64,000 nucleotides of DNA from Lama guanicoe (Eukaryota). A program made the translations under genes and the position numbers. Position 1 is the stretch's first letter. Every line of letters starts with the position of its first letter. Positions 62,443-64,000 of the stretch are shown here, piece after piece. Below the pieces are notes generated by a model. The model saw only the letters and a list, made by a program, of their open reading frames with translations, made no database searches and was not told where the DNA came from. Where the stretch lies: the NCBI GenBank assembly GCA_013239625.1, contig MU053994.1, positions 4,445,434 through 4,509,433 of the forward strand. The letters are read 5' to 3'.

Positions 62443-63378
62443 TACATAAGCAGTTCTCCAGTGAAGAAATACAAATGGCCAATAGCCACATGAAAAAATG
62501 CTCAATATCACTAATTATCAGAGAAATGCAAATCAAAACTACACTGAGGTATCATCTCACACCAGTCAGAATGGCCATCATTCAAAAGTCCACAAATGAT
62601 AAATGTTGGAGAGAGTGTGGAGAAAAGGGAACCCTCCTACACTGTTCGTGGGAATGTAGTTTGGTGCAGCCATTATGAAAAACAGTATGGAGATTCTTTA
62701 AAAGATTAAAAACAGACTTACCATATGATCCAGCAAGTCCACTCCTGGCCATATATCCAGAGGGAACCTTAATTCAAAAAGATATATGTACCCCAATGTT
62801 CATAGCAGCACTATATTTACAATAGTCAATACATGGAAACAACCTAAATATCCATTGACAGATGACTGGATAAAGAGTTGTGGTATATTTATACAATGGA
62901 GTACTACTCAGCCATAAAAAATAATAAAATAATGCCAGTTGCAGCAACATGGATGGCCCTGGAGAATGTCAGTCTAAGTGAAGTAAGCCAGAAAGAGAAA
63001 GAAAAATACCATATGGTATCACTTAGATGTGGAATAGAAAAAAAAAAGACAAACGGACTTACTCACAAAACAGAAACAGACTCACAGACATAGAAAACAA
63101 ACTTCTCATTACGGGGCAGAGGGAAAGGGGTGGGAAGGGATAAACTGGAAGTCTGAGATTTGCAGATAGTAACTACCATATATTAAATAGATAAACAACA
63201 AGTTTACACTGTATAGCACAGGGAGCTATATTCAATATCTTGTAGTAACTTATGGTGAAAAAGAATATGAAAATGAATATATGTATGTTCATGTGTGACT
63301 GAAGTATTATGCTGTACTCCAGAAATGGACACAACATTGTAAACTGACTATACTTCAGTATAAATATATATAGTGAAA
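62443..63378 (+). mobile_element. Young 5'-truncated L1 (ORF2 C-terminus and complete 3' UTR) nested in the older L1
   Basis: 18-bp TSD AAAT(T/G)AATACCAAAATGA at 62425-62442 and 63379-63396; [21 protein letters not shown]. Confidence 0.93.
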
Positions 63379-64000
63379 AAATGAATACCAAAATGAGATA
63401 TCACTACACTACCAGAATAACTAAAAAAAAAAAAATGTACCAAACACTGGTGAGGATGTGGAGATACTGGATCACCTGAATTGCTAGTGGAAATGTCAAA
63501 TGGTACAGGCATTCTGGAAAACAGTTTTGACAGTTTCTTATACAACTGAACATGCAACTACCACGTGATCCAGCAACTGTGCTCTTTGGCACTTATCCAA
63601 AATTATGGAAATTTGGCCGCACAGATACCCGTACATGAATAGTGCTTTCATTTTTCATAATCAGAGACTAGAATCAGCCCAGATGTCCTTCAATGAGTGA
63701 ATGATTAAACAAATTGTCATATATACACACTCAACAATAAAAAGGAATGAATCACTGATACACAAAACAACTTGGATGAATCTCTGGGAAATTACACTGT
63801 GTGTAAAAAGCCAATCCCACAAGGTCATATACTGTATGACTCAATTTCCATAACATTTTGAAATGATAAAATTTTAGAAATATAGAACAAATTCATGGTT
63901 GCCAGGGGTTAGGAGTGAGGAAGGGGGTCACAAAAAGAGAGGTGGGTGGAGTTATAAAAGGGCAATATGAGGGATCCTTGTGGTGATGGATACACAAACC

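Larger units (their letters stand above)
60465..64000 (+). mobile_element. Older L1 (L1MB/MC-like), ORF2 with deletion plus 3' UTR running off the window, hosting two insertions
   Basis: ORF2 remnants 60377-60601 (end of endonuclease, FSNIDQILG..HSGIKL) and 61769-61957 (GELTLPIIKAY); resumes at 63397. Confidence 0.85.

Noticed and set aside
8945..63378. Inverted pair of similar L1 fragments as a large composite element or inversion boundary
   Set aside because: They have different truncation points, and the right copy has its own TSD, so they are independent insertions.
1..64000. L1 strand bias implying the window is an intron of a + strand gene
   Set aside because: Minus-strand L1s outnumber plus-strand ones only modestly, and no exon anchors a gene.
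1..64000. CRISPR arrays, operons, rRNA genes or other prokaryotic systems
   Set aside because: The sequence is mammalian; no spaced direct-repeat arrays or gene-dense coding blocks are present.

Overview
AT-rich, CpG-depleted placental-mammal DNA, most likely a camelid, inferred from a vic-1-type tRNA-Ala SINE and artiodactyl-type L1 3' UTRs. No intact protein-coding exon is recognisable; nearly all listed ORFs are L1 ORF2 remnants or chance ORFs in repeats. The window is mostly transposon fossils: nested L1s of several ages, L2/MIR, MaLR and LTR16/LTR33 LTRs, seven MER34/MER39-group solo LTRs within about 22 kb, and Tigger and hAT MITEs. The best finding is a processed pseudogene of IQCG (DRC9) at about 36096-37404. 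Its 5' end is not IQCG sequence but a 117-nt MLT1A-type LTR piece running from about the LTR's expected start site exactly to its conserved splice donor. This looks like a retro-fossil of an LTR-promoted, N-terminally truncated IQCG mRNA. Other findings: an ~18-nt tRNA/SINE-head retrocopy with TSDs, two twin-primed L1s, and a young L1 inserted at the homologous position of an older L1. Repeat family names come from recalled consensus motifs, not a database search; boundaries of old repeats are approximate.
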